From Candidatus Nanopelagicales bacterium (GTDB lineage Bacteria; Actinomycetota; Actinomycetes; S36-B12; UBA5976), in contig JALRCB010000002.1 in NCBI GenBank assembly GCA_023257525.1, positions 1 to 36,184 on the forward strand: a stretch of DNA of 36,184 nucleotides. The letters are read 5' to 3'. Shown here one piece after another: positions 7,861 through 16,548 of the stretch. The notes under the pieces were generated by a model. It did no database searches and was not told the origin of the DNA. It saw nothing but the letters and a program-made list of their open reading frames with translations. Every line of letters begins with the position of its first letter. The first letter of the stretch is position 1. The translations under genes were made by a program, and so were the position numbers.

Positions 7861-9354
7861 TTATTTCTTTTTTGCCCAGGAGGAGATGGTATCAGCAATC
7901 ATCGCAGGGATCATATGGTCTTCAGGTTCGAGGGCAGCGGTCGTTAGCCTTGGTTGTAATGATCGATGGGCTAGGTAATTGGAGTCTGCAACATGCAAAT
8001 CTTCTGGGACTTGTTGTCCGTTACCTATGAACAATATGGGTAGGTTATGTCTTACCAAGCAATCAACAGAGGGGGCAAGGCTCATGGCCTCATCAATCTT
8101 TGTGACAACTGCTGCCTTGATCCCGTTGTTTTGACCCTGCGAATGAGCCTGAATAACGTCTTGCATCGTCTGCAAGCTTGTCGTGGCTGACATAACGAGC
8201 AGTCTCTGCGCCGCCTTATAACCGTCGGACAATACCCGCAACTGGTCAACCATCTTTACATCTCGTTGCCCCATACCCGCCGTGTCAATTAACACAACAT
8301 GGAAGCGCTCCAATTCCTGGATACGTGCCGCTAGATCGTCAGCATCACGAAGAGCGGTCACTGGGAGTCCTAGTATCTTTCCGAAAACCCTTAGCTGTTC
8401 AAGTGCGCCAATCCTGTATGTGTCTGTTGAAAGCAGGGAAACTGATTTCCGACCGAATCTCATCACACACCGGGCAGCAATTTTCGCCACTGTTGTTGTT
8501 TTTCCCACACCAGTGGGGCCGATGAAAGCGAATACACCCCCGCTATCAAAGAGCGATACGGGGTCTAGGGTCTTGATCCGCTTTGCAAGCGAGGGGCGAA
8601 TCGCTTTGATCAAAGAGGCGCCCTCCTGAACTTCACCAACCTCTTCCAGGAGGGATGTGGCTAAGCCTGGAGAAAAGCCGACCGCTAGCAATTTCTTCAG
8701 AAGCTCCGCACGGCCTGGTGAAACGCCCTTTAATTGACTCCAGGTATTACCGGCCAGATGAGATTGTAGAAGTTCCTTGACTTCGTTGACCTGTCCCATG
8801 AGCCTTTCGGCGAGCGCATTAAGATCCTCTGACTCTCGTGCTTGTGGCTGCGAAGTAACTGAGACTTGTGCATTCCTAGCGGTGGTTGCGCTTGAAGGCC
8901 CGTCTTTAGCAATCGACGATCCTGTCTCAGACCTGAAGTGTGCCGCAGCAACATCTGGGGCAAAAACTGGGGAACCGTCTAGGTTTCGCATCGGACTCTG
9001 GGCAACGTCCGCGATGATTAGTTTATGGTTTGCCGTTCTTATTGCCGTATCAGACTGCAGTCGAAGGCCCTCTGGTCGAGGCGCACGATCCGCCGTGGAT
9101 GACACAGCTGGAAAGTCATCAAAACGCTTTGGGGCGGTAAGCTTCCCAGTGAGGTTACTCCGCGCACTACTCGCTCTAGGCCCGAGCTCCTTGAACTGTT
9201 CTTGCGCCATAGCAATAATTTCGATGCCACCTTCTACTTCACGGTTTGAAAGCAATATCGCATCGGGTCCAATGGCCTGCTTGACCATCGACAATGCCTC
9301 TGTTGCAGTTGCAGCGACAAATCGCTTGGGACCTTGACTTGATGAGGTACTCAC
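7861..9354 (-). CDS. flhF: Flagellar SRP-type GTPase FlhF
   Basis: G-domain motifs are GPTGVGKTTT, LIDTAGMGQRD and VTKIDEA. N-terminal basic/B-domain-like region. The GTG start overlaps the flhA stop (GTGA). Confidence 0.95.
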   Translation of the reverse strand: MSTSSSQGPKRFVAATATEALSMVKQAIGPDAILLSNREVEGGIEIIAMAQEQFKELGPRASSARSNLTGKLTAPKRFDDFPAVSSTADRAPRPEGLRLQSDTAIRTANHKLIIADVAQSPMRNLDGSPVFAPDVAAAHFRSETGSSIAKDGPSSATTARNAQVSVTSQPQARESEDLNALAERLMGQVNEVKELLQSHLAGNTWSQLKGVSPGRAELLKKLLAVGFSPGLATSLLEEVGEVQEGASLIKAIRPSLAKRIKTLDPVSLFDSGGVFAFIGPTGVGKTTTVAKIAARCVMRFGRKSVSLLSTDTYRIGALEQLRVFGKILGLPVTALRDADDLAARIQELERFHVVLIDTAGMGQRDVKMVDQLRVLSDGYKAAQRLLVMSATTSLQTMQDVIQAHSQGQNNGIKAAVVTKIDEAMSLAPSVDCLVRHNLPILFIGNGQQVPEDLHVADSNYLAHRSLQPRLTTAALEPEDHMIPAMIADTISSWAKKK

Positions 9355-11444
9355 GATCCGGCCCCTTGTCTACCGCAAATAATTCGATGAAACGCCAAGT
9401 CTGACTCCGTAGGCATTTCGTTCATGCCAAGCATGATTGCTTGTGGGCGAACCTTTCGCGCAAGGCGTGAAAGTGTTAGTCGGTTCCTTGATGACGCAAC
9501 AATAACTGGTTGAAGCCCTATCGACTCCATGTCATCGACCACCGAGACGATTTCCTCCTCAAAGAATCGGATCAGACTTGGCTCAATACTCCCATCAGTT
9601 GCTGCAGGGAGGTTTCCAACGGCCTGCTCGATAATTCGTTCAAAATCCGGATGGATTGCTGCAACCCGAATCGACGATGACTCTCCAAATACCTCTTGGA
9701 TAATGGTACGCTTTAACGCATATCGTAATGGTGCGAGCAAAGGCAGCGCCTGCGGGTCTTTGCCACCATGCTCTGCAGCCGTCTCAAGAACAATCCGGAA
9801 GTCGCGAACAGGCACACCTTCCTCGAGCAGCAACTGGAGTAGCTTCTGTACAACCTGAAGGCTGACAACTTTAGGAACAGTATCTTCGACCAATTTGGGA
9901 AATCGGGTACGGAAGTGATCAACCAAATCCTGTACTTCTTGGCGACCCAGGAGTTCGTGTGCATGCATGCGCACGATTTGATCTAGATGGGTAGCAACGA
10001 CCACCGATGGTTCGACCACGGTGTAACCGCGAGCAATCGCCGATTCCCTTAGGGAAGAAAAAATCCAAACCGCAGGCATCTTAAACGTAGGGTCCAGTAC
10101 CTTAACGCCTTCGAGCGGTGATGGATCGTGAGATGGTTCGATGGCAAGAAAGCGATCAGGGAGAATCTGCCCGCGGGCGACCTCAGCACCGTAAATAAGC
10201 AGGCGATAATTCTCCGGTGGTAGTTGAAGATTATCCCTGACATGCACAGAAGGAATCAGGAATCCAACGTCAGCCACAAACTTTTTTCGGATCGCACGTA
10301 TGCGCTTGATAAGGTCTGCTTGCTCGCCAGAGTCAACAAGTCGAATGAGGCGGTAGCCTAATTCGAGCGACAGGGGTTCAACAACAGGAACATCCGCCCA
10401 ATTCACTTCTTCACTAGGCATAGCGGCCGCTGCCTCAGCCTTGGCCGCCGCCGCTCGCTCTTGCTGACTTCGGCGGTAGAGCATGTAACCAATCCCGGCA
10501 AAGACCGCTGCGAAAAGCAAAAATGCGAAATGAGGCATGCCTGGAATGACGCCAAGCACGGCAAGAATCATCGCCGCTAGGAAGAGGGGGTAAGACGATG
10601 TTCCAAGCTGCGTGGCGAGTTGTTGACCAAAATCTTCATCGGTAGACACTCTGGTAACCACAATGCCGGCAGCCGTTGAAACGATAAGCGCAGGTACCTG
10701 GGCTACAAGGCCATCTCCCACAGCAAGGGTTGCATAGGTCTTTAAGGCTTGCATAAAGGGCAGATCAAACTGAAGCATACCTACTGCAATGCCGCCCAGT
10801 AGATTGATGATCAGGATAATGATCCCCGCAATGGCATCCCCTCTGACAAACTTTGATGCGCCGTCCATTGAGCCATAAAAGTCGGCCTCCTGTGCTACCT
10901 CCGAACGACGTCGCCTTGCTTCATCTTCACGAATAATGCCTGCGTTGAGATCAGCGTCGATGGCCATTTGCTTACCTGGCATTGCATCCAGGGTGAAACG
11001 AGCAGAAACCTCTGCGACACGCCCAGCACCCTTGGTAATCACCACAAAATTGATAATGGTTACGACCACAAAGACAATGATGCCGACCACGTAGTTGCCA
11101 CCAACAAGCACCTGGGCAAAGGATTCAATAACTTTTCCTGCAGCTTCGGGTCCCGTATGGCCTTGCATGAGAACCACCCTTGTTGAAGCAACATTGAGCG
11201 AGAGTCGTAGCAAGGTTACAACGAGCAGTATCGTTGGGAAGGCAATCATGTCTTTGAATGATTTGAGCTGCATTGCCGTCAGCAAAATGATCATTGACAC
11301 GCCAATGTTGAATGTGAAAAACACATCCAGAGCAAGAGGGGGAAGCGGCAACAACATAAGCCCGAGCACAAATAGCACCAACAATGGCGCTGCCACCTGC
11401 GAGACAGGAATATGTGCTAGAGCGGACGAGACGAAGGCTCGCAT
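9351..11444 (-). CDS. flhA: Flagellar type III export gate protein FlhA
   Basis: 697 aa with 7-8 N-terminal TM helices, the FHIPEP signature region (GDGLVAQVPALIVSTAAGIVVTR, FVRGDAIAGIIILIINLLGGI) and a large cytoplasmic C-terminal domain. Confidence 0.97.
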   Translation of the reverse strand: MRAFVSSALAHIPVSQVAAPLLVLFVLGLMLLPLPPLALDVFFTFNIGVSMIILLTAMQLKSFKDMIAFPTILLVVTLLRLSLNVASTRVVLMQGHTGPEAAGKVIESFAQVLVGGNYVVGIIVFVVVTIINFVVITKGAGRVAEVSARFTLDAMPGKQMAIDADLNAGIIREDEARRRRSEVAQEADFYGSMDGASKFVRGDAIAGIIILIINLLGGIAVGMLQFDLPFMQALKTYATLAVGDGLVAQVPALIVSTAAGIVVTRVSTDEDFGQQLATQLGTSSYPLFLAAMILAVLGVIPGMPHFAFLLFAAVFAGIGYMLYRRSQQERAAAAKAEAAAAMPSEEVNWADVPVVEPLSLELGYRLIRLVDSGEQADLIKRIRAIRKKFVADVGFLIPSVHVRDNLQLPPENYRLLIYGAEVARGQILPDRFLAIEPSHDPSPLEGVKVLDPTFKMPAVWIFSSLRESAIARGYTVVEPSVVVATHLDQIVRMHAHELLGRQEVQDLVDHFRTRFPKLVEDTVPKVVSLQVVQKLLQLLLEEGVPVRDFRIVLETAAEHGGKDPQALPLLAPLRYALKRTIIQEVFGESSSIRVAAIHPDFERIIEQAVGNLPAATDGSIEPSLIRFFEEEIVSVVDDMESIGLQPVIVASSRNRLTLSRLARKVRPQAIMLGMNEMPTESDLAFHRIICGRQGAGS

Positions 11445-11549
11445 TGATCGATGACTGATCTGCTAAACAAAAATTAAAAGGGGCCCGTTAACCAAAGCAT
11501 GGAACATCTAGAGTCTAGGTTTGGGGTGAAAAGGGCGAGCCCTACTTTT

Positions 11550-11557
11550 GGGGGGGG
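11550..11557. repeat. Homopolymeric G8 (C8 on the minus strand) tract in the flhA upstream region
   Basis: Direct reading: acttttGGGGGGGGtaag. It lies 106-113 nt upstream of the flhA start codon at 11444. Confidence 0.9.
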
Positions 11558-11580
11558 TAAGTTCTGCTACGCAAATGCGC

Positions 11581-11617
11581 TTGAAAATTTTGGATACAGG
11601 TCTAATCAAATTTTCAA
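11581..11617. repeat. Perfect 10-bp inverted repeat with a 17-nt spacer, upstream of flhA
   Basis: TTGAAAATTT (11581-11590) and AAATTTTCAA (11608-11617) are exact reverse complements. The site lies in the 294-bp gap between the flaG stop and the flhA start. Confidence 0.85.
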
Positions 11618-11671
11618 TACTCGCCGTAATACTGATATGGACGCTAATTTCGATGCAATTGGCACTAATGC

Positions 11672-11708
11672 AAAACCCGCCGGACCCATGGATAGGTTGG
11701 CGGGTTTT
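11672..11708 (-). terminator. Rho-independent terminator after fliC-flaG (potentially bidirectional)
   Basis: AAAACCCGCC (11672-11681) pairs with GGCGGGTTTT (11699-11708). The GC-rich stem is flanked by an A-run on one side and a T-run on the other, about 30 nt downstream of the flaG stop. The 17-nt loop is rather large. Confidence 0.6.
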
Positions 11709-11738
11709 ACTTGGCGCTATGACTTGACAGGCGAGCTA

Positions 11739-12149
11739 TCAAGCTTTTTTGTTGACAAGCAAACTTGCGAGGTAGTCGATAGTGCGAGCGAGTTCAACGA
11801 CTTCAGGGGCAGGAATTTGGCGGACAACCTCATTGGATTGAGAGTCCCTAACTACCATCACCGTCGAGTGACTGACATTATCGAATCTGATATCCAGGTT
11901 CCGATTCATAGAACTAGCGAAAGAGCGGATTTTCTCACCGGCAACTTCAACCGACTCTTTCGTGATTCTGGCGGACTCATGAACCGAGGGGGCTTTAGAA
12001 CTTCTTGCCTCCGTGATTCGAGCAGAAACCTGCTCGACCGACGGACCCCTCGATTGATGATCGGTAGATTGCTTGGAAACTTCGGCTTTCGAAGCAGGCG
12101 GACCCTGGCTAGGAACCGCCGTGCTCAAACTTACGGACGTGGTCATCAT
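11739..12149 (-). CDS. flaG: Flagellar protein FlaG
   Basis: The C-terminal pattern LDIRFDNVSHSTVMVVRDSQSNEVVRQIPAPEVVELARTI is characteristic of the FlaG family (l.f..de..g..vVkv.D..tgEviRqIP.ee.l). Immediately downstream of a flagellin gene. Confidence 0.8.
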   Translation of the reverse strand: MMTTSVSLSTAVPSQGPPASKAEVSKQSTDHQSRGPSVEQVSARITEARSSKAPSVHESARITKESVEVAGEKIRSFASSMNRNLDIRFDNVSHSTVMVVRDSQSNEVVRQIPAPEVVELARTIDYLASLLVNKKA

Positions 12150-12185
12150 AGCCTCCTAGCTAAGAATAGACTTTTATTAGGCCCT

Positions 12186-13085
12186 TTACTTCAAGAGCGC
12201 CAAGACTACGTTAGGCTGCGCGTTTGCTTGAGACAGCATAGCAGTAGCAGCTTGTTGGAGAATTTGGGTCTTAGTCAAATTCGCGGTTTCAGCTGCGTAA
12301 TCAGTATCAACAACCCGACTGTTGGCCGCGCTGAGGTTCTCATGAAGGGCAGTAAGGTTGGCAATGTTGTGGTTCAAGCGGGTTACGGTAGTTCCGAATT
12401 TAGCCCTAAGCGTCGCAACTTCTGTAAGGGCGGCATCTGCATAAGCGGAGTACGACGAAAACTGAGAAGTTGCGTTTATCTTACCAGTGCCATCGTCGTT
12501 GAAATAAGTGTCGTTGATTTCGCCTTCAGCAAGAATATTGGTGTAAAGCTTCGTGAATTCTTCGCTTTCTCCGACGCTCTGGAGATTTACCTTATTGATT
12601 TCTACTATCCCGATACCGGTAGTTGTGTTGAGTTCTGGACCGGTTTGAAAGGTAAGTGCGCCAGTAGAGGAAAGCAACTTATTGTTGTTAAATGTTGTTC
12701 TGTCGGAAATAGCGACGATTTCTTTCGCCAAATTTCCCATCTCAACCGAAAGATAGGCTCTTTGGTCGCTCGAGAGAGCGCCGTTCATGCCTTGAGTGGC
12801 AAGTTCTTTAAAACGTTGCAACATGCTAGAGATTTCTGCAAGAGCACCTTCAGCGGTCTGAGCAATACCAATCGCATCATTTGCATTTCTAATGGCTACG
12901 GAAGTGGTATTGATGCTAGCAGTGAGTTTTTGCGAAATTCCCATACCCGCAGCATCGTCTTGGGCGCGATTGATTCTCGACCCGCTAGACAATTTCTCGA
13001 ACTGGCCGCCCAGTTTATTTTGAGCATTAGTAAGGTAGCGCTGAGCGGAAATCGACGCCATGTTAGTCATGAGTACGGATGCCAT
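12186..13085 (-). CDS. fliC: Flagellin, short 299-aa form
   Basis: Conserved flagellin N-terminus (NMASISAQRYLTNAQNKLGGQFEKLSSGSRINRAQDDAAGMGIS...AIRNANDAIGIAQTAEGAL) and C-terminus (SRVVDTDYAAETANLTKTQILQQAATAMLSQANAQPNVVLALLK). Confidence 0.95.
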   Translation of the reverse strand: MASVLMTNMASISAQRYLTNAQNKLGGQFEKLSSGSRINRAQDDAAGMGISQKLTASINTTSVAIRNANDAIGIAQTAEGALAEISSMLQRFKELATQGMNGALSSDQRAYLSVEMGNLAKEIVAISDRTTFNNNKLLSSTGALTFQTGPELNTTTGIGIVEINKVNLQSVGESEEFTKLYTNILAEGEINDTYFNDDGTGKINATSQFSSYSAYADAALTEVATLRAKFGTTVTRLNHNIANLTALHENLSAANSRVVDTDYAAETANLTKTQILQQAATAMLSQANAQPNVVLALLK

Positions 13086-13142
13086 GAATTTCTCCAGTGA
13101 GTTAAACGTTTTGACTGTTTGGGCGATTGCCCCCTGTACTGG

Positions 13143-13170
13143 ATAACGGTTAGACGGAGAGATATGTTTA
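13143..13170 (-). promoter_or_regulatory. Putative sigma-28 (FliA) promoter for fliC-flaG
   Basis: The minus strand reads TAAACATA-N12-ACCGTTAT, versus the consensus TAAAGTTT-N11-GCCGATAA. It is about 58 nt upstream of the fliC ATG and shares the CCGTTA core with the fliD candidate. Confidence 0.45.
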
Positions 13171-13266
13171 GTGTTGGTTGCGAATTTTTGTTTAACAAGT
13201 GTTGAATAGGCTCATTTGCGTGTCTTTCAAAGTTTTGTTTTTGTTTGAGAATTCAAGGAGTTAGAG

Positions 13267-14397
13267 ATGGCTATCCCCGCTTCAGTGCTAAATACAAATA
13301 TTGCTTCGCTCATCGCGCAGAGAAATTTGGCAGGCGCACAAACCCAGTTGTCCACCTCGGTAGAGCGTTTGTCGTCAGGTTTGCGCATCAACAGAGCTAA
13401 AGATGATGCTTCGGGTATGGCCGTAGCTAGCGTTATTGGGTCACAAATCAAGACCATGGGAACCGCGCACCGAGTTGTGAACGATGCAATCTCGATGATG
13501 CAAACCGCTGAAGGGGCCCTAATGGAAGGGTCCGGGATGTTGCAAAGGATGAAGGAACTCGTCACTCAGGGTTCAAACGACTCGATGTCCAAAGATCAGT
13601 ACTTCTTTCTTGTCCAGGAAATGCTGCAGCTAATGCAGGAACTAGGAAATGTGGCTGGTCGTACGACTTTCAACGGAAATAATTTACTTGGCACATTTCG
13701 GGTTGCTGAGCAGGAAGACGGCGTCGTAAAGGCAATTGAGGGAACGCCACTACCTGGAGCGGGGCAAAGTGGGCCTTGGGAATTTATGACTGGTCCTGGT
13801 AGTGACGATTTCATGACAATTGAACAGCCTGCCATGTGGGCCACATACACCGAAATGGTTGATAAAACTGGAAACGATCGCGGCTATGTTGGAGGAACGC
13901 TTGCGGTTGGCGCCCTCAATGCGCTTTATACGCGCATTGCATTTCTTGCGGATACCTCGGATCAAGGCGGCGCTGTTCTTACGGGCATGGGTTATGACGT
14001 TTTCTCAAAATCGGAATTTTCCCTCAAGTCTGGTGGTGACCCTCAATTTGCCGGTCGTCCCTCAGCCCCGAATCAGGAGGTTCTCGATAAAGCGGGCCAC
14101 AAGACGACCGCAGATAAGCTTTCACTCAACGATTTGATTGATTTGTCAATTAACCAGATCAACGCACACAGATCCTACTTTGGAGCGTTCTATAGCCGTT
14201 TAGAGGCTAACGTTAGGAACTTGTCTTCGCAAACGGAAAACCTGACAGCCGCTCTAAGTCGAGTTCAGGACACGGATTACGGGGTGGAAACGGCAAATCT
14301 CACGAGGGTCCAGATACTTCAGCAGGCGGCGACTGCGATGTTGGCGCAAGCGAATGCGATGCCTAATGTCGTTCTTGGACTGTTGCGGCAGCAGTAA
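13267..14397 (+). CDS. fliC: Flagellin, 376-aa paralogue
   Basis: Flagellin N-terminus (NTNIASLIAQRNLAGAQTQLSTSVERLSSGLRINRAKDDASGMAVAS...AISMMQTAEGAL) and C-terminus (SRVQDTDYGVETANLTRVQILQQAATAMLAQANAMPNVVLGLLRQQ). RBS AAGGAG lies 7 nt upstream of the ATG. Confidence 0.93.
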   Translation: MAIPASVLNTNIASLIAQRNLAGAQTQLSTSVERLSSGLRINRAKDDASGMAVASVIGSQIKTMGTAHRVVNDAISMMQTAEGALMEGSGMLQRMKELVTQGSNDSMSKDQYFFLVQEMLQLMQELGNVAGRTTFNGNNLLGTFRVAEQEDGVVKAIEGTPLPGAGQSGPWEFMTGPGSDDFMTIEQPAMWATYTEMVDKTGNDRGYVGGTLAVGALNALYTRIAFLADTSDQGGAVLTGMGYDVFSKSEFSLKSGGDPQFAGRPSAPNQEVLDKAGHKTTADKLSLNDLIDLSINQINAHRSYFGAFYSRLEANVRNLSSQTENLTAALSRVQDTDYGVETANLTRVQILQQAATAMLAQANAMPNVVLGLLRQQ

Positions 14398-14425
14398 GCT
14401 CCTTAATTGATAAAAGTCTCGGATG

Positions 14426-14463
14426 GGCCTTGGCCAGGTAAGACCAAGGCCTTCTTTCTTTTT
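14426..14463 (+). terminator. Rho-independent terminator after the second flagellin gene
   Basis: GGCCTTGG (14426-14433) pairs with CCAAGGCC (14444-14451). A T-rich run, TTCTTTCTTTTT, follows. Confidence 0.75.
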
Positions 14464-14471
14464 AAATGAGC

Positions 14472-14499
14472 TAATTTGTTTCCGAGTTCTAGCCGTTAC
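14472..14499 (+). promoter_or_regulatory. Putative sigma-28 (FliA) promoter for fliD-fliS
   Basis: TAATTTGT-N12-GCCGTTAC versus the consensus TAAAGTTT-N11-GCCGATAA (-10 element 6/8). About 34 nt upstream of the fliD ATG at 14533. Confidence 0.5.
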
Positions 14500-14532
14500 C
14501 CTTAACAAGCACGTGTGAAGTTTGGGAGAACT

Positions 14533-16083
14533 ATGGCAACGTCTTCGATTATGGGAAATGGCTCGATGATTGACGTTAAATCGATCGTGTCGCAGTTGAT
14601 GCAAATTGAACAGCGACCACTCCAGTCGCTGAACGCCAGAATCCAAGGCGTGAACGTTTCAATCTCGGCGTTCGGAGACATCAAGTCGAAGGTGGACTCG
14701 CTTTACGCTTCACTGAGTGCAATTCAAGACGCAAGCGTAATGCCTTCTAAGATGGTCAGGAGTTCTGATGAAACTGTTGTAAAAGCTTCAATTTCCTCTT
14801 CTGCAGACGCTTCAATTGGTAAGCTCGTAGTGAGGGCGCAGCAATTGGCGACTGCACAGAACACGACGTTTACCGGATTTCGCAGCAAGGACGATGGGGA
14901 AAAATTCACTGAAGACTTAATGGGATCGAAGGAGTTTAGGATCCAACTAACGGGAGATTGGGAAGGCGTTGATGAAGGAGACACCGCAGTCTCAATGAGG
15001 ACCTTCAAGCTCGGAGAGGAAGTTACGTCCCTCCAGCAACTAGCTGAGCAAATCAACGCGGATTCAGTTTTGCAGTCCCGGGTAAGGGCATCAATTGTCA
15101 ACACAAACGTAAGCTCAGCGCCATACGCTCTAGTCCTAACAGGCTCGGAGACGGGTGAAAGGAAGACCTTTTCAGCTAGCTTAACAAATGTTGACGGCGA
15201 AATTTGGGGAGGCGGTGCGGCACCTGTACCTGCCGACCCCTCCCAGCCAGACACACCGATTACACGCACTGGTTCTGGGTTATCTCTTGAGGAGACTATC
15301 CCCGGGGGTTTGTCAAGAATCGATATTCAAGCTCTTGATGCCAAAGCGACAGTCCAGGGCGTCACCGTGAAAAGCGATACAAATGTCTTCAAAGAGGCCA
15401 TATCCGGCGTAAGTTTTGAGTTGCTTGGAACTTCTTCAACAGCGTCCTACGCATTAACGGTAGCGCAGGACAATTCAGCCATGACGGCGAAAGTCAAGAG
15501 CTTTGCGACCTCCTTAACCGACCTGCTAAAAAAGGGGCAGGAAATGACCAAGCCAGCTACCGAAAACTCTGAAGCGGGGCCGCTTGCGGGTAACAACGGC
15601 ATGCTAAGTCTATTAGCAGCGGTTAGGTCCTCGTACAATGCTGGCATTGTTTTTAAGGATCCTTCGGCGATTGCAAGTCTTGAGACAACTGCTTATTCAG
15701 GCCGGGGTACAAGTACCAATCCGTTGTTTTGGTCCGCGATAGGGGTTGAAGTAGCGCGTGACGGTACGGTTTCAGTGAACGAGAGCACCTTAAGTCAGGC
15801 TTTATCTGGGTCTCTTGGAACGGTGCTGTATAAGGGATTTACCGCCTCAATGAGTTCAGTATTGCGGTCATTTCAGGGAACTAGTGGAAGCGTTTATTCA
15901 GTTATCGACTCGATGAGAACAAGCGTCAAGACACTGAATCAGCAAAAGACCGACATGAGCGAGAGGCTCGAAAGGAAGAGGGCATCGTTGACTCAGCAAT
16001 ATGCAACGCTTGATGCAAAATTAGTAGGTATGAATCAGCAAATGACGGGGGTAAGGTCTGCCCTTGCAGGTCTATCGGCGTAG
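14533..16083 (+). CDS. fliD: Flagellar filament cap protein FliD
   Basis: The N-terminus IDVKSIVSQLMQIEQRPLQSLNARIQGVNVSISAFGDIKSKV and the C-terminus LERKRASLTQQYATLDAKLVGMNQQMTGV are typical of FliD. ATG at 14533 is preceded by GGGAGA. The ORF track starts at an upstream GTG, 14515. Confidence 0.9.
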   Translation: MATSSIMGNGSMIDVKSIVSQLMQIEQRPLQSLNARIQGVNVSISAFGDIKSKVDSLYASLSAIQDASVMPSKMVRSSDETVVKASISSSADASIGKLVVRAQQLATAQNTTFTGFRSKDDGEKFTEDLMGSKEFRIQLTGDWEGVDEGDTAVSMRTFKLGEEVTSLQQLAEQINADSVLQSRVRASIVNTNVSSAPYALVLTGSETGERKTFSASLTNVDGEIWGGGAAPVPADPSQPDTPITRTGSGLSLEETIPGGLSRIDIQALDAKATVQGVTVKSDTNVFKEAISGVSFELLGTSSTASYALTVAQDNSAMTAKVKSFATSLTDLLKKGQEMTKPATENSEAGPLAGNNGMLSLLAAVRSSYNAGIVFKDPSAIASLETTAYSGRGTSTNPLFWSAIGVEVARDGTVSVNESTLSQALSGSLGTVLYKGFTASMSSVLRSFQGTSGSVYSVIDSMRTSVKTLNQQKTDMSERLERKRASLTQQYATLDAKLVGMNQQMTGVRSALAGLSA

Positions 16084-16130
16084 TTGGGTTCGTTACCCAC
16101 TTGGCCCTTAACCTAGGGAAAGACTCAATC

Positions 16131-16526
16131 ATGCGCGCAGCTAGGGCCTACCAGAGTGTCGATCAAAATACCGCCGTCTTAGCCGGCGATCCGATTGACT
16201 TGGTGCTGCTGCTCTATGACAAGCTAATTCAGCGTATTAACGAAGCGCTCAGAGCTATTGAACTTGCTGACGTGGCTGCCAGAGGTGAAGCGATTGGCAA
16301 GGCAATTGATCTTATAGAGAAAGGACTGGTTGCGTCACTTGACATGGCTCAGGGAGGTGAGGTCGCTAGGCAATGCAAACGTCAATATGCAACCTGGATG
16401 GCGCTATTGCTCAAGGCAAGCGCTGAATCAGACCCACGATTACTCAGCTTGGTCGCTTCTCAGGTTCGCGAGATTGCTGATAGTTGGAAGCAGGTCAAGG
16501 CAATGACCTCTAACCTTCGTACTTAG
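16131..16526 (+). CDS. fliS: Flagellin-specific export chaperone FliS
   Basis: AYQSVDQNTAVLAGDPIDLVLLLYDKLIQRINEA...IGKAIDLIEKGLVASLDMAQGGEVA fits the FliS four-helix pattern. Directly after fliD. ATG at 16131; the track lists an upstream alternative at 16101. Confidence 0.9.
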   Translation: MRAARAYQSVDQNTAVLAGDPIDLVLLLYDKLIQRINEALRAIELADVAARGEAIGKAIDLIEKGLVASLDMAQGGEVARQCKRQYATWMALLLKASAESDPRLLSLVASQVREIADSWKQVKAMTSNLRT

Positions 16527-16548
16527 GGTTTCATTCGATCAGCGTGCT

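Noticed and set aside
11660-11665. TGGCAC hexamer suggesting a sigma-54 -24 box in the flhA/flaG intergenic region (similar lone TGGCAC at 19831, 25475, 31349 and 31505)
   Set aside because: No GC dinucleotide or TTGC sits at the required N10 spacing (TGGCAC-taatg-CAAA here). In addition, no plus-strand gene lies downstream of the 11660 site.
11499-13100. 533-aa plus-strand ORF, the longest unassigned ORF in the track
   Set aside because: It lies entirely antisense to flaG and the 299-aa flagellin, whose products carry unmistakable family motifs. Its own translation is R/S/F/C-rich with no motifs, as expected for the mirror frame of a conserved gene.
13239-13254. CAAAGTTT...GAGAATTC upstream of the 376-aa flagellin, considered as a sigma-28 promoter
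   Set aside because: The -35-like half is decent, but the -10 candidate matches only 3/8 of GCCGATAA and ends 12 nt from the ATG. That is not enough to support a call.
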